Origin: Bryobacterales bacterium
GTDB lineage: Bacteria > Acidobacteriota > Terriglobia > Bryobacterales > UBA6623
Direction: 5' to 3'
NCBI GenBank assembly: GCA_963422375.2
Contig: CAXXKD010000001.1
Span: 320,001-384,000, forward strand
Length of the DNA: 64,000 bases
This document shows positions 21,907 through 34,400 of the stretch, piece after piece. A program made the position numbers and the translations under genes. How positions within the stretch are numbered: position 1 is the first letter of the stretch; each line of letters opens with the position of its first letter. The notes beneath the pieces were generated by a model. It saw only the letters and a list, made by a program, of their open reading frames with translations. It had not been told where the DNA came from and made no database searches.

Positions 21907-22692
21907 CTAGGGTCCTGTCTAGGAAATTCGTGTACAGCAGTGCAGGACCGATTCCCAGATTTCGTCCGCCTGCGTCCAGACGAGCGGCTTGGGTTCTTGG
22001 TTAAAGACAGCGAGGTGCTCCTTGATCAGCTTCTCGAGCGCGAGGATACTGCGGTGGGTGCCGCACCGCATATGGCAGAGCGCGGCCTCGGCGAACGAGC
22101 GCTCGACTTAGCCGAGCCACGAAGGGCTGGTCGGCGTGAAGCGCCGGTGGTAGCGCGGGCGACGGGCCAGTCAGTCGGGGATCATCGCCGTTTCGTGCTT
22201 GCTGTAGTTGTCAAGCACGAAGTGGACATCTAGGTCGGGAGGGACCGCCTTGTCGATGTTTCCGAAGAAGCTCTCGAGCTCGACGGCCCGGCGCTGGCGG
22301 CAAGAGCTGCCAGTGACCCCGGGCTGAGGCGATGTCGAGGGCTGCCAAGAGCGAGGTGACACCGCTGCGCTCGGAGTGGTGCGTCAGCCGTTCCGGCGCT
22401 CCGGGCCGCATCGGCAGGACCGGATGGGTGCGATCGAGGGCCCGGATCCGCGACTTCTCGCCCATGTCCAGCACGACGGCCCACCCCAGCGGGGCCAGGT
22501 ACAGTCCGACGACAATCCCGACTCTCTCAACCAATAAATGGGCATGCGACAGCTGGAAGGTCTTGCTCCGGTGCGGCTCGGGGGCGATGGCTCGACAGAT
22601 GCGGCTCACGGTGGAGGAATTGAGACTGCAGTTCCTGGCCATCGAGCGAGTGCTCCAGCGCGCGGCCCCGCGCGGCACGGACTCCAGGGTGC
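21907..22692 (-). mobile_element. Degenerate IS630-family element (N-terminal part missing)
   Basis: WSTRSMAR...VVGLYLAP...ALDRTHPVLPMRPG...TSLLAALD, LDVHFVLDNYSKH. The end reads ...GACAGGACCCTAG, with CTAG at 21907-21910. Confidence 0.8.
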
Positions 22693-22799
22693 CAGAGAGG
22701 GGTGTTGAGGGCAGGCAGGCACTTGACTCGTCCTTGCGACTTGCGAGTCAGGATGAATGCCGTAAGTCTTGGATCCGCCGCGGAGCGCCATCCGCGAGA

Positions 22800-23895
22800 C
22801 GTGCGAGACGGCTGTCGGCCTGCCCGACCGTCGCACGGATCGCAACACGCGCTACGCGGTCAGCGATGCCGCCGGTTGCTCCCCGGCCTGCTTCTTGACC
22901 CGGTGCGAGTCGTTCGTCGAGTTCCAGCGGCGCATGGAGCGGGACGGCTTCCGCTCCGACTGCCGGACCCTGTTCGGCGTGGGCCGCATCCCTTGCGAGA
23001 ATCATATCCGCAACTTGCTCGACGGCCTCGACCCGGCCGCGTTCGCCCCGCTGTTCCGGCTGCGCCTCGAATCCGTGGGCGCGCTCGAGCCCTTCCAGCG
23101 CAAGGACGAGCGCCTGCTCGTCGCTTTGGACGGCGTCCGGTTCCACCGCTCCGACAGGGTGCATTGCCCGCGGTGCTCGGTGCGGCGCGTCGGCAGCGAG
23201 CGAGCGCAACGCCGCCAAGCGCTGGATCGACGCTCACGGCGCCTGGCTGCAGGCCTGGCGGGCGACGACCTGTAGTGCCGCCAGCCCGTCTGCGCGGCGG
23301 CCGCGGCCCCCGGCATGGACTACATCCCGGTACGCAAGCCCGGATCCCACAAGCGCTTGTACGAGGTGCTGGAGAGTCGGCGGGCGAGCGGCGAAGTGCA
23401 ACCGACTGGCTGGCTGCCGCGGCGCGGGCGGGGCAAGCGGTCCGAGCGGCACCGCTTCCGCCGGGCGGACGCGGTGCCCCTGGGCAAGGGCCGCGAGGCC
23501 CTGCCCGGCACTTGGATCGAGTGCGCCGCGGAGCACGGCGGCAAGCGCACCTGCGCCAACTGCATCTTCGCCAGTCGCGAGGTCACCGCGGACAATAGGG
23601 AGAGGATCGCGCGGGCCGACCGGGCGCGCTGGAAGACCGAGAACGAGGGCTTCAACTGCCTGGCGCGGGACGGCCGCTACACCAAGCGCAACTGCGGGCC
23701 CGGTAAGGCAGCGCTGGCCAACGTGCCGGCCGTGCTGGACCTGTCCGCCGTCGCGCTCCATGCCGTGCTGCAGTGAGCCTGCGCGCTGTGGCAGCGGTGC
23801 CGGCTCAAGCTGGTCACGCACCGCGACTTGTTCCGGGAGCTGCAGGTCGCGCTGCGCTGGTTCTGCTTCCAGGACTGGCTGACCCTGCTAGCGCC
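22800..23895 (+). mobile_element. Degenerate ISNCY-like DDE transposase pseudogene
   Basis: LPDRRTDRNTRY..SFVEFQR..IPCENHIRNLLD..LVALDG..CPRC..RARWKTENEGFN, broken by stops and frameshifts. Confidence 0.75.
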
Positions 23896-24775
23896 GCCGG
23901 GCTGCCGGCCGGCCTCGCGGGGGCCTAGCCTCCGCGCAGCTTCGTGCCGGCAGCGTCCCGCGAGTGGCTGGCCGTGGCCGCCGGCTACCGCCGGAGTGAG
24001 TCCGGCCGCGGGTTGGGCACTACGCCGACCCGCTGCGGGGGCCGCGCCGTGGCCCTGCCAGCCGTTCGACCCTCCCGCGGGGCGGCCTCGGTAGCGCGAC
24101 CCCTCGGTCAACTTGTTCACCTCATCTTCCGGAACAACGTTCACGCACCCCCGTGATGGACAAGCTTGGAATCGCTGGTGGACAACCTTGCCGTCGGCAC
24201 GAGATTCGGGCGACCGATGGATACGCCAGGCCTATTTCACAGTCAAGAACGCAATCGACGATCTCTGCATCTCGTCAAGAGCGGGCGCTAGCCGGGCCAA
24301 TGGCACCAGACCAACGGGGCGTTCGAGAGAGGAGCCCCTTTCGGCGGCCGACCCGTCATGCGAGGTCTCGCGCACGGCGGGAACGTCGCCGCACTTCCGA
24401 CCGACGGCCGCAGACCCCGGCCTCTTGCGGGACCGTAGGCTCGGGCGCTGCGTGAGCCGGGTCGCGGTCGCCGCTTGGCGCGTATTTGCCTGCGATGTTC
24501 GAATGGGCTTGATCGCTTCGCATTCGGGCCCGGGACGAGGCTCCGTGCTCAATCCGAACCACTCCTACGAACGGCGCTCGCGCACTCCGGCCAGCAAGGT
24601 TAGGTCCGCCAGGGCCGCTGCCAGAGCGGACCGATAAGGCACTGGCGGCCCAAGAACCGGCACGAATCGCCCTCACTGGCCCCGCGTCCGCTAAACGAAC
24701 GCCCGTTTCGGCAATCCGAATGCCATTGCCGCGCAGCCTCTGGCGTGTACTGGAGCGCGATGAGCCGCCCGGGCG

Positions 24776-27081
24776 TCACTTGAGCCACACCGGCGAGCTC
24801 CAGGCGTACTTGCCGAATTCCTGCCGCTGGTAGCCGCTCTCTCGAGAGCGACCCTTCAGCCACACCCGAGCGTAGTAGTAGGTGCCCGGCACGGGACCGC
24901 TCGAATCGCGATAGGTGAAGGTCGCGCTTGAAGCCTCTGCCTCGGGCGCGTACGAGTAGACGAACTTGCCGTTGCTCGCGATCTCGATCTTTTCGATCAC
25001 GGATCGCGCCGCGACCTCGACGGAGATCTTGGGCGCGGCTCCGCCGGCCTCTGTCTCGCCGCCTTGGAACGTCCCGTTGACAAGAAAATCCAGCGTGATC
25101 GGCTCGCCCCCACGGAGAGCGTACGTGCGCCTCGCGCGCAGCGCGTCGATTACCGCGTCGTGGCTCGGCTCCTTCGCCAGCACGGCGAGCATGCCGGTGT
25201 TGTATCCGCTGATGCCGTCGTGGCGGTCGCTCGAGCCCACGAACCCGAATCTAGCTCCGGTAGCCAAGCCGTCCTGGATCGACGTCTTGCCGACGGGCGG
25301 GCGCCGCAGCCAGTCGGTGACGGCGTTGGCTCTGTCGTACGTTTAGTAGACCCCGTGCGCGGAGGTCACTTCGACGACAGGCTCGGCCACCGGATCGTGC
25401 TTGGACCAGTCCATCGCCCCCCACGGTGCCCCCACGTGATGCACCCACGGAACCGCGTTGTCGCCGGCGAGCAGTCGGCGCAGTTCCTCGATAGAGTCGC
25501 TTGCGGGATCGGTGATGCGGTAGACGGGCGAGAATCGCCGCAAAAAGATGACCGTGCGGTCGCCGAACCGGCGTCGCCCCGCGGCGTCGCCGCTCCATTC
25601 GTAGCTGGCGAAGCCCTCGAAGCGGCCCTCCTCCGACAGCACGCCGGCGTAGGCCTGCTCGATCCGGTACTTCGAGTTGGTCATGGACGGCCAGTCGTGG
25701 TCCGAAGTGGCGCCGAAGTCGAGCACGCCGCTCTCCATCGCGTTGAGATAGTAGCGGTCCGTCCAGAATTCGATTGTGCGATCGCCGGGATACTCTCCTA
25801 GGTGGGTGTGCAGTTCGCCGTAGTAAGAGGTTGTAGGTCTCTCCCGCGATCTCGAGCGTCGCGCGCCGGGGCTTTACCGGGCGGGGCCTGCCGGGCTTGG
25901 TCTCTCCGAGCGGACTCTCGGCCTGCGGAGCCGAGATGTCGGCGCGGGCCGCCGGGAGAGCCTTGCGCAGGATCATCATGTCCGTCGCGTGCCAGAAGCC
26001 GTCGTCCTCGAAGATCGGGGCGCGGTATCCGATGGCGACGCCCAGCGAGAACCGTTGGATCCGGGTCCCGTCGAACCATGCTCCCGCCGACTCCGGCGAC
26101 CTTCCGGCGCGATAGCCCGGGTTGCCCGGATGGAAAGTCGCGGTTTGGTGCAGGAACCAGAACCGTCCGGCTCTGTCGATGGTGAACTCGTCCAAGCGGT
26201 CCATCCCGGAGACGAAGTTGCGGGCCTCTGCCGGGAGTTCGACGCGCTGGCCGTTCCGGCTTCCCGCCACTCGCTTCGAGGCGTGGATCCATGCGGTGCC
26301 GTCAGGCGCGAAGCGGATCATCGGGCGCTGCTCGTCCCTGGGCGACGCGAAGAACGCGATTTCCTCCGACCAACCGCCCGCCGTCATGGTGCGGACGAAC
26401 ACGTCGTAGTCGCCGCCCGCCCAACGGTCGGAGGCGAGCCAGACCTTGCCGTCGGCGGCGGTGGCGATGTGAGGGCGGAAGCTGAAGCCCGTCTCCGGAG
26501 TTACGGCGAGCGTATCCCAGGATCCGTTCTTCAGTGCGCCGACCGCGATCCGCACTGAGCCCTTGCGGGCCGTCTCCCAGGCGACCAAGGGCGTTCCGTC
26601 CGGCTGCAGCGCGATCGACGGCCTCATGTCGGGCCCTCTCGACGTGCTCACGCGAGACACTCGTCCCAGGCTGGTCCCGTCCCAGTGGCGTGCGTACACG
26701 TCGAATGTTCTGCTCGAGTTCGTTGAATTCGGACCACGCGATCCAGATGCCGCCGGCGCTGTCCGCGACGGCTGCCGGGCTGTAGACGCACCCGTCGCGG
26801 TCATTTACCTTGGCGATGGACGTCCAGTGGTCCCCCTGCCACCGGCCCAGCGAGACGAATTGGCGGGTCGAGTTGAGCCGGTCCGTGGCATTCGACTGGA
26901 CACCGATCGTGTACACTGCTCCCCGGCTGTCGCGCAGCACGCTGCGGCACTCCTCGCGCGTCGTGGGATGAAAGCGGTTGCCGCCCTGGCCGGAGTAGAT
27001 GTCGAGGTAGGCGTATTCGACCGGGCCTTGGGCCCAAACCGTCGCGGCGACCGCCACGAGCGAGGCGCAAGCGATCCTCAT
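24776..27081 (-). pseudogene. Second secreted PHP-like (CehA/McbA-like) metallohydrolase; frameshifts near 26710 and 25825, TAA at 25343-25345
   Basis: Signal peptide; WIAWSE/FDVYAR repeats; YYGELHTH, TSDHD, HGVY*T, GFVGSSDRH, YYYARVW, AWSSPVW. Confidence 0.78.
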
Positions 27082-27742
27082 AGCGGCTTGATTCTACCCG
27101 CCCGCGGCACCGCGAGAGGCGGTCTCGCTCCCTTCGAGCAGGATCTTTCCGCGGTCTCCCGCTCTCAGCCCGCTCGCCCTCGCCTGATGGGACGGCATGT
27201 CGTGCTTCCGGAAGCGCGTGCAGTCGGAATTCCCGGGCCGGAAGGCATCCCAGAACCAGAAGTCGGCGGCGTGTCCGGACCGGGCCATTCCTAATCGAAT
27301 GGACGGTCGACCGAGCAGATTCGGAGTCCGGTGCGAGCCGCTCTCCCCCGGGAGCTGGCGGCCCGCGGTGCTCGCAACTCGAGTGTGCTCGGCGCGTAGC
27401 GCTCACGTGCGCAATGCGCTCTCGTCACCGATCAGCGCCTGTTCGCAGGCGCGGCACCTCTCCACACTTGGGGCCGTCGACGCCCTTGACAGCTGTCAGG
27501 GTCTTGGAGAGGCTGACCCTGGCCTCGCTGAGGTTCGAAGTGGACCCGCCGTACGCGGGCGGAGTGGCCGCGGGAATGCGAATCGACTCCTCCTGCGGGC
27601 ACCCTTCGGTGGGCCCAGAAATCGCGGTTCCCGCACGTCTCGGACTGACCTGCAAGCGCCTCCCGCCCTTCGAGCGAGCCTCGCAACTGGACACCTCGGT
27701 GTCGCGGGGCCCTCCGTGCCTAGCGACTGGAAACGGTACGGG

Positions 27743-28105
27743 TCAGTTCAGTCTCGGTTTCGCCATCAGGCGTCGCAGCGCCTCGACCCGTCCCCGATTC
27801 ACCCCGAAGTCGTAGAAGCCGACACGCGACGCGGATCGGACGTGGATCGCGCGCTCCGCAGCGCACAGGCTCGCTTCGAGGTCATCGACGAACCCGAGAA
27901 GAGTGCGGCAGGTCGCATGAACGTAGGTGTCGTTGACAGCGACGATTTCGGTTCGCGGGAAAGCTGCCAGCAGTGTCTTCAAGCGCCCGAAGGCCTTGCC
28001 CGGATCGCGGGAAATCGCGATCGGCGCGACGTAGCTGCGACTCGACGGGGAGGCGCGGCTGCATACGCAATTCGGACGGTCGGGGCAAGGAGCGAGCTTG
28101 CGCAT
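27743..28105 (-). CDS. DUF1499-domain protein
   Basis: LAPCPDRPNCVCS, LGFVDDLE, HVRSASRVGFYDFGVNRGRVE. Confidence 0.85.
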   Translation of the reverse strand: MRKLAPCPDRPNCVCSRASPSSRSYVAPIAISRDPGKAFGRLKTLLAAFPRTEIVAVNDTYVHATCRTLLGFVDDLEASLCAAERAIHVRSASRVGFYDFGVNRGRVEALRRLMAKPRLN

Positions 28106-28398
28106 GTTTCGGGAGCGGAGCGTTCAGTGTACCGTCGACTCTCGGACGGGTCCGACCGCGGGATGCAACCAATCTTGCAGGCCTGTGGATCATGCATGGC
28201 GTCGAGCTTGGCGCATCTCGCGATTAAGAGTCTGTTCCCACGCGCCCGTTCTGCGTTCGTTGTGATGTCGGTGGAGCATCGGGTCCGAGCTGCCCGTCGA
28301 CGATTTCCGGACCGGGTGCGGCGAGAAGAGCGGGATCCTTCCGGTTGTGCGAGGGCGCGACCCGCCACGTCCCCCGTGCGCGAAGGGCTCTCGCTCCG

Positions 28399-29840
28399 TC
28401 ACGAGAGATCGATGCGGAAGGCGTGGGCGTGGCGCTCGGGCAACGGAGAGTCGAGCGTCACCGTCAGCCTGCCGTTCGCGTAGGTGGCGGGCGCTGTGCG
28501 CGTCTCGCCCAGCACGGCGACCTCGGCGCTGCCGCCCGGCATGCCGAGATCAAGCGCGACTTGCCTGGACTTCGGCTGTCCCAGCATGATCGCGTAGATC
28601 GACGCTCCCTTGGACGTGAACCGCACCGGCTGTCCGTCCGCGGTCTCGCCGGACGCTCGGTTCCACGGCCGCGTCCCGTAAATCGCCTCGCCGTTGGCGC
28701 CGAGCCACTCGCCGAGCGCGCACAGCCTGCTCGCCTGGAGTTCCGGGACCGTGCCGTCCGCCATCGGCCCGGCGTTGAGCAGCAGGTTGCCGTTCTTGCT
28801 CGCGATGTCGGCCAGCAGGTGTATCAGCTCGGCTTCCCCGATGGTGTGCTCCTGCGTCTCGGCGCGGTTGTAGCCGAACGAGAAGCCGAGTCCGCGACAG
28901 GTCTCCCACTTGAAGTCCGTGATCTCGTCCATCCGGGCGTACTCGGGCGTGGTGAAGTCATGGTGCCGTTGCGGAGCGCCGTCCTTGCCGATCTCGAACC
29001 GGTTGTTGATCAGGCCGTCCGGATGCGTGTTGTAGAAGTCGGCCACGATGCTTGCTAGGTCGGCCTGCTCGGGATAGCCGATGTCATTCCAGAGGACGGT
29101 CGGGTCGTACTTCCGAATCAACTCGCGCCAGTGCGCGTCCGCGTAGTCCGCGAATTCCTGCGTGTGAATGATCGTGCCCCGCACTTTCGCGATATCGTCG
29201 ATAGGCTCGGGATTGAAGCTCCAGTCCAGACCGCCCGAGTAGTAGAAGCCCATCCGCATGTTCTCCGCCTTGACCGCGGAGGTCAGCTCGCCCACGATGT
29301 CGCGTGCGCTGGCCCGCCTGCCCGGCGGCAGGTTCGGGTTCTCGACCTCGCTCGGCCAGAGCGTGAATCCGTCGTGGTGCTTGGTGGTGAGCACGACGTA
29401 GCGGGCGCCCGCGCCGGCGAACAGGGACGCCATGGCGGTGGATCCCACTTCTCGGCGGCCGCGTTGAACGGAGGCGCGAAATCCATGTAGTCGAAGTCGG
29501 CGCCGTAGGTCGTACTGTGGTGCCTTTGGGTGGGCGAGCCGGAGATCCGCAGCGTGTTGAGGTACCACTCCGAGTACGGGTTGTTGGTGAACCACGTGCC
29601 CCAGTCGATCTTGCCGAGCTCGCCGACGGGAGTGGCCCAGGCTGGCACGGAGTACAGTCCCCAGTGAACGAAGATCCCGAGCTTGGCGTCGTGGAACCAC
29701 TCCGGCGCCGCATGCGTGCGGATCGAATCCCAGTAGGGCGCGAAGGTCCGGGCCTCCGGCGGGCGCCCCCCGCATCCGGGCAGAACGGCCGCCGCGCTCG
29801 CGGCCGCGAGGAAGTCTCGTCGCGTGGGTGGGTTCGCCAT
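28399..29840 (-). pseudogene. Alpha-L-fucosidase (GH29) with Tat lipoprotein signal, single frameshift near 29440
   Basis: TRRDFL...GC signal; WFHDAKLGIFVHWGLYSVP, TKHHDGF, LWND nucleophile, WETCRGLGFSFGY, GNLLLN. Confidence 0.88.
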
Positions 29841-29979
29841 GGGTCTCCTGGCTCCTCGTCTCGCCGGGGCGCCTCGTCCCGCGTCGCGGGCGAGGTGCCG
29901 TCGGGCTGCTCCCCCCGAGGCCCGGGTAGGCGGGCGGGCCCCGCGTTTGTCTAGGCCGCTGGTCCCGCCTAGCCGCGCC

Positions 29980-31443
29980 TCATGCGAGCAACGACTCCAC
30001 GACCTCGCCATGCACGTCGGTCAGCCGGAAATGCCTGCCTTGGTACTTGAACGTCAGCCGTCTGTGGTCGATGCCCAGGCAGTGCAGCGCCGTCGCCTGC
30101 AGGTCGTACACATGCACCGGATCCTCGGCCACGTTGTAGCAGTAGTCGTCGGTCCGGCCGTGAACCGAACCCGCCTTGATCCCGCCGCCCGCCATCCACA
30201 TGGTGAAGCAGCGCGGATGGTGGTCGCGTCCGTAGTTGGTCTCGCTGAGCTTGCCTTGGCAGTAGACCGTTCGCCCGAACTCGCCGCCCCAGATCACGAG
30301 CGTGTCGTCCAGCAGGCCCCTCTCCTTGAGATCGTGCACGAGCGCCGCCGATGCTCGATCCGTGTCCCTCGCCTGGAGGCGGATGTCGCGTGGCAGGTCC
30401 AGGTGCTGGTCCCAGCCGCGATGGAACAGCTGCACGAAGCGCACGTCCCGCTCGGCAAGCCGCCGCGCCAGCAAGCAGTTGGCGGCGTAGGTTCCAGGAC
30501 GGCGCGCGTCGGGACCGTAGCGCTCGAACACGTGGTCCGGCTCATTCGACAGGTCCATCAGCTCCGGCACGGACGCCTGCATGCGATACGCCATCTCGTA
30601 CTGCGCGATGCGGGTCTCGATCTCCGGGTCGCCGAACTCCCGCGAGCGCAGGCGGTTGATCTCGGATACCGCGTCCAGCATGCTGCGCCGCGTGCACTCG
30701 TCGATACCCCGGGGATTGGAGAGGTACAGGACGGGGTCGTCGCTCGAGCGGAACTTGACCCCCTGGTACTTCGAGGGCAGGAAGCCCGAGCCCCACAGCC
30801 GCGAGAAGAGCGGCTGGGACTGGTTCAGGTTGCTGCCCTGGGAGATCAGCACGACGAAGCCCGGCAGGTCGCGATTCGCGCTGCCGAGCCCGTAGCTCAC
30901 CCACGAGCCCATCGACGGCCGCCCGGGCTGCTGGAAGCCGCTCTGGATGAACGTGATCGCCGGGTCGTGGTTGATCGCGTCCGTCTGGACGGTCTTCACG
31001 AGGGCGATGTCGTCCGCCACGCTGCCGATGTGCGGCAGCAGCTCGCTCAACTCGGTGCCCGCTTGGCCGTGCCGGCGGAACTGGAAGACGGAGGCGGCCA
31101 CCGGCAGGCGGTCCTGGCCGGCCGTCATGCCCGTGATCCGCTGGCCCTTGCGGACGCTGTCGGGCAGGTCCTGGCCGTGAAACTCGCGCAACAGCGGCTT
31201 GTGGTCGAACAAGTCGATCTGCGACGGCGCTCCCGACTGGAACATGTAGATGACGCGCTTGGCGGACGGCGCGAAGTGGGGCAGGCCCGGCAGCCCTTCC
31301 GGGTCGGCCCCGGCGCCTCGGGCGGCCGCGTATCCGTCCCCGGCCAGCAGGCACGACAGCGCGGCCGGGCCGATGCCCGTCGCCGCGCGGCCGAAGAACT
31401 GGCGCCGCGTCGACTGCAGGCCGAGCTCGAGCTTGGGATTCAT
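29980..31443 (-). CDS. DUF1501-domain protein (Tat-exported, sulfatase-like fold)
   Basis: STRRQFFG, AKRVIYMFQSGAPSQIDLFD, GWDQH, GEFGRT, GRDHHP. Confidence 0.9.
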   Translation of the reverse strand: MNPKLELGLQSTRRQFFGRAATGIGPAALSCLLAGDGYAAARGAGADPEGLPGLPHFAPSAKRVIYMFQSGAPSQIDLFDHKPLLREFHGQDLPDSVRKGQRITGMTAGQDRLPVAASVFQFRRHGQAGTELSELLPHIGSVADDIALVKTVQTDAINHDPAITFIQSGFQQPGRPSMGSWVSYGLGSANRDLPGFVVLISQGSNLNQSQPLFSRLWGSGFLPSKYQGVKFRSSDDPVLYLSNPRGIDECTRRSMLDAVSEINRLRSREFGDPEIETRIAQYEMAYRMQASVPELMDLSNEPDHVFERYGPDARRPGTYAANCLLARRLAERDVRFVQLFHRGWDQHLDLPRDIRLQARDTDRASAALVHDLKERGLLDDTLVIWGGEFGRTVYCQGKLSETNYGRDHHPRCFTMWMAGGGIKAGSVHGRTDDYCYNVAEDPVHVYDLQATALHCLGIDHRRLTFKYQGRHFRLTDVHGEVVESLLA

Positions 31444-31450
31444 GGCGGGG

Positions 31451-34400
31451 TCACTCCTTGCTGATCATCTCGTCCAGGTTCAGGATGCTGCTCGCGACCA
31501 CGGTCCAGGCGGCCAGCTCGGGCGCCGGCACGCTGTCGTCGGCGCTCGTCTCGCCGACCTGCAGGAGCTCGCGCGCCAGTCCGGGCGCCGCACGGAATTT
31601 TACGGCCTGCTCCGTCGCCAGATCCTGCAGCAGGCGCGACTCCGCCGGGCTGGGCGGCCGCGCCAGCGCGGCCTCGTAGGCGAAGCGGATCCGGTCGGCG
31701 CCTCCTTCGCGGATCATGCGCTGCGCGAGGCTGCGCGAGGCCTCCACGTAGGTCGGGTCGTTCATCAGAACCAGCGCCTGCAGCGGCGTGTTCGTCAGGG
31801 ACCGCCGCGCGATGCACTTCTCCCGGTCCGGCGCGTCGAACACGCCGAGCGAGGGCGGGGGGATCGTGCGCTTCCAAAACGTGTACATGCTGCGGCGGAA
31901 CAGATCCGCGCCCGCCCCGGGCCGGTAGACCTGGGCGGTGAACATGTCGCCATAGGCCATTTCCTTCCACAGCCCCTCGGGCTGGTACGGGAAGACGCTC
32001 GCGCCGCCTACCCGCCTGTCGAGCAGCCCCGCGGCAGCCAGGGCGTTGTCGCGCACTTGCTCGGCCGCCAGGCGGTGCCGCGGGCCGCGCCCCAGCAGCC
32101 GGTTCTCCGGATCCTTGGCCCTCAGCGCGGGTGTGGCATGCGACCGTTGGCGGTAGGTCGCCGACATGACGATCTTCTTCTGCAGCGCCTTGACGTCCCA
32201 GCCGCCGTCGGCGAACTCGCGCGCGAGCCAGTCCAGCAAGGCGGGATGCGTGGACAGTTCGCCCTGCAGCCCGAAGTCCTCCGCCGTCCGCACGAGGCCC
32301 GTGCCGAAGTAGGACTGCCAGTAGTGGTTGACCGCCACGCGGGCCGTGAGCGGGTGGTCCGGGCTCGCGATCCAGCGGGCGAGTCCGAGGCGGTTCCGCG
32401 GGGCGTCGGCGGGGAACGGCGGCAGCCATTCCGGCGTCGCCGGGGTGACCCTGTCGGTTCGGTTGCGGTAGTCCCCCCGCGCCAGCATGAACGTCTCGCG
32501 GGGCTGCGGCAACTCCCGCATCACCATCACGTTCGGCACGTCAGACTCCACCTCGGCCCGCTCCCGCACGAGGTCCTGCAGGCGGGCGTGCAGCCGGCGG
32601 ACGGTGTCGGGCGCGGCGTGCGCGAGATAGTAGGCCTTCAGGCGCCTCTGGCGGTTCCGGCAGCGCGTCACTTCGGTGTCGGACTTCGGGGCGTAGATGT
32701 CGTCGGGCGGTGCGGGAGGGGCCCCGGCGAGCACGGAGGCGCAGTCGACGTAGGTCTCGCCCAGCACGGCGCGAATCGGCTCGTGGGCGTGGAGCACGCC
32801 GATGTCGGAGGCCGCCAGGGCCCGCGAGTAGATCCGCAGGTCGTCCAGAGTGCCCGTGTAGCGGCCGCCGAAGCGGCCCGCGCCGATTTCGAAGGGCGCG
32901 TCGGTCGCGGGGCTGCCCGCCAGGGTGTCGGAGAGAGTCACGGCATCCGCGGGCTGTCCGTTCACATGGAACCGCAGCCCCGCCGCCCGGCCCGACCCGT
33001 CGTAGGAGATGGCGATGTGGTACTCGCTGTCCTCGCCGCGGGCGTCGCGGAGGGGCGTTGCGGTCCTCGCGACGATCGCCCGCCCCGGGCCGGAGGAAAG
33101 CCTCGCCGTGAGGTGGTACTCGCGTCGCAGGGCGTCTGGAATCGGCACCGGGGCGCTCAGAGCCAGCGCCAGTCCGCGCTGCGACTCGGGACCGTCCATC
33201 TTGTGCAGCAAGCCCTTCTCGACCAAGCCCTCATGCCGCATCCAGAACGCGACGGTGAAGGGAGCGGAAAGGTCGATTTCGGCCGTGCCGGGGAACGCGA
33301 CGTGCGTGTCGACGTCGAATCGAGCGCCCCGGCCCGCCTTCGCAGTGCCGAACAGCGGCTCGCCGCGCATGACGCGGCCGTGGCGGTAGTTGCCCGAGGA
33401 GTCCGAAAAGCCCCCTTCCATCTGGTAGTGCGCCTCGAGCCGCTCGCGGTTCGCCGTCGGGACCGTCGCCAGCGCTGTCCGCTCCCAGTTCGCGAGATCG
33501 CGACGCACGCGCTCTTCCGGCAGGTCCGCGCGCACGGAGCGGACAGCCGCGTCCAAGCGCTCCAGGCGCTCCTCCTGCGAGGAGTCCGGCAGCTGCAGGA
33601 TGGGCACCGCGTTGCCGTTCTCGCCATCCAGCCCGAGCTCGTCCACCGAATTGAAGAAGGCGTAGAACTCGTAGAACTCCCGTTGCTTGATCGGATCGTA
33701 CTTGTGGTCGTGGCAGCGCGCGCAGCCCATCGTCATCGCCATCCACACCGTCGAGACAGTCTCGACCCGGTCCACGACGTACTCGGTGTGGTACTCGGCC
33801 GGAATTGCGCCGCCCTCGTGGTTGATCATGTGGTTGCGGTTGAAGCCGGTGGCGATCCGCTGGTCCAGCGTCGGGTTCGGCAGCAGGTCGCCGGCCAGCT
33901 GCTCGACGGTGAATTCGTCGTAGGGCTTGTTGTCGTTGAATGCCGCGACCACCCAGTCCCGCCACTGCCACATGTCGCGGCGCCCGTCGATATGGAAGCC
34001 ATGCGTGTCGGCGTAGCGAGCCAGGTCCAGCCACTGCGTCGCCATGCGCTCCCCGTAATGCGGGGAGTTGAGCAGCCGGTCGACCTGCCGCTCGTAGGCG
34101 CCGGGTCTCGTGTCGGCCAGGAACGCCTCCACGTCGCCCTGATCCGGCGGCAGGCCGGTTAGGTCCAGGCTCAGCCTCCGCAGCAGCGTGCGCCGGTCCG
34201 CCTCGGGCGACAGGGAGAGGCCCTCCCGCTCGAGCCGCGCCAGCACGAACGCGTCGATCTCGCTAGAGGTGGCCCGCGCGTCCCCAAGCTGCGGGATCTG
34301 CGGCCGCTCCGGGGGCGCGTAGGCCCAGTGGGAACTCCACTCCGCACCCTCCTCGATCCAGCGCCGGATCGTCTCGACTTGGTCCGACGTCGGGTGCCGC

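Noticed and set aside
31250..34162. 970-aa plus-strand ORF (and similar long antisense ORFs such as 29824..31464, 48282..49685, 60619..62382)
   Set aside because: Antisense shadows of well-supported genes in high-GC DNA; no motifs.
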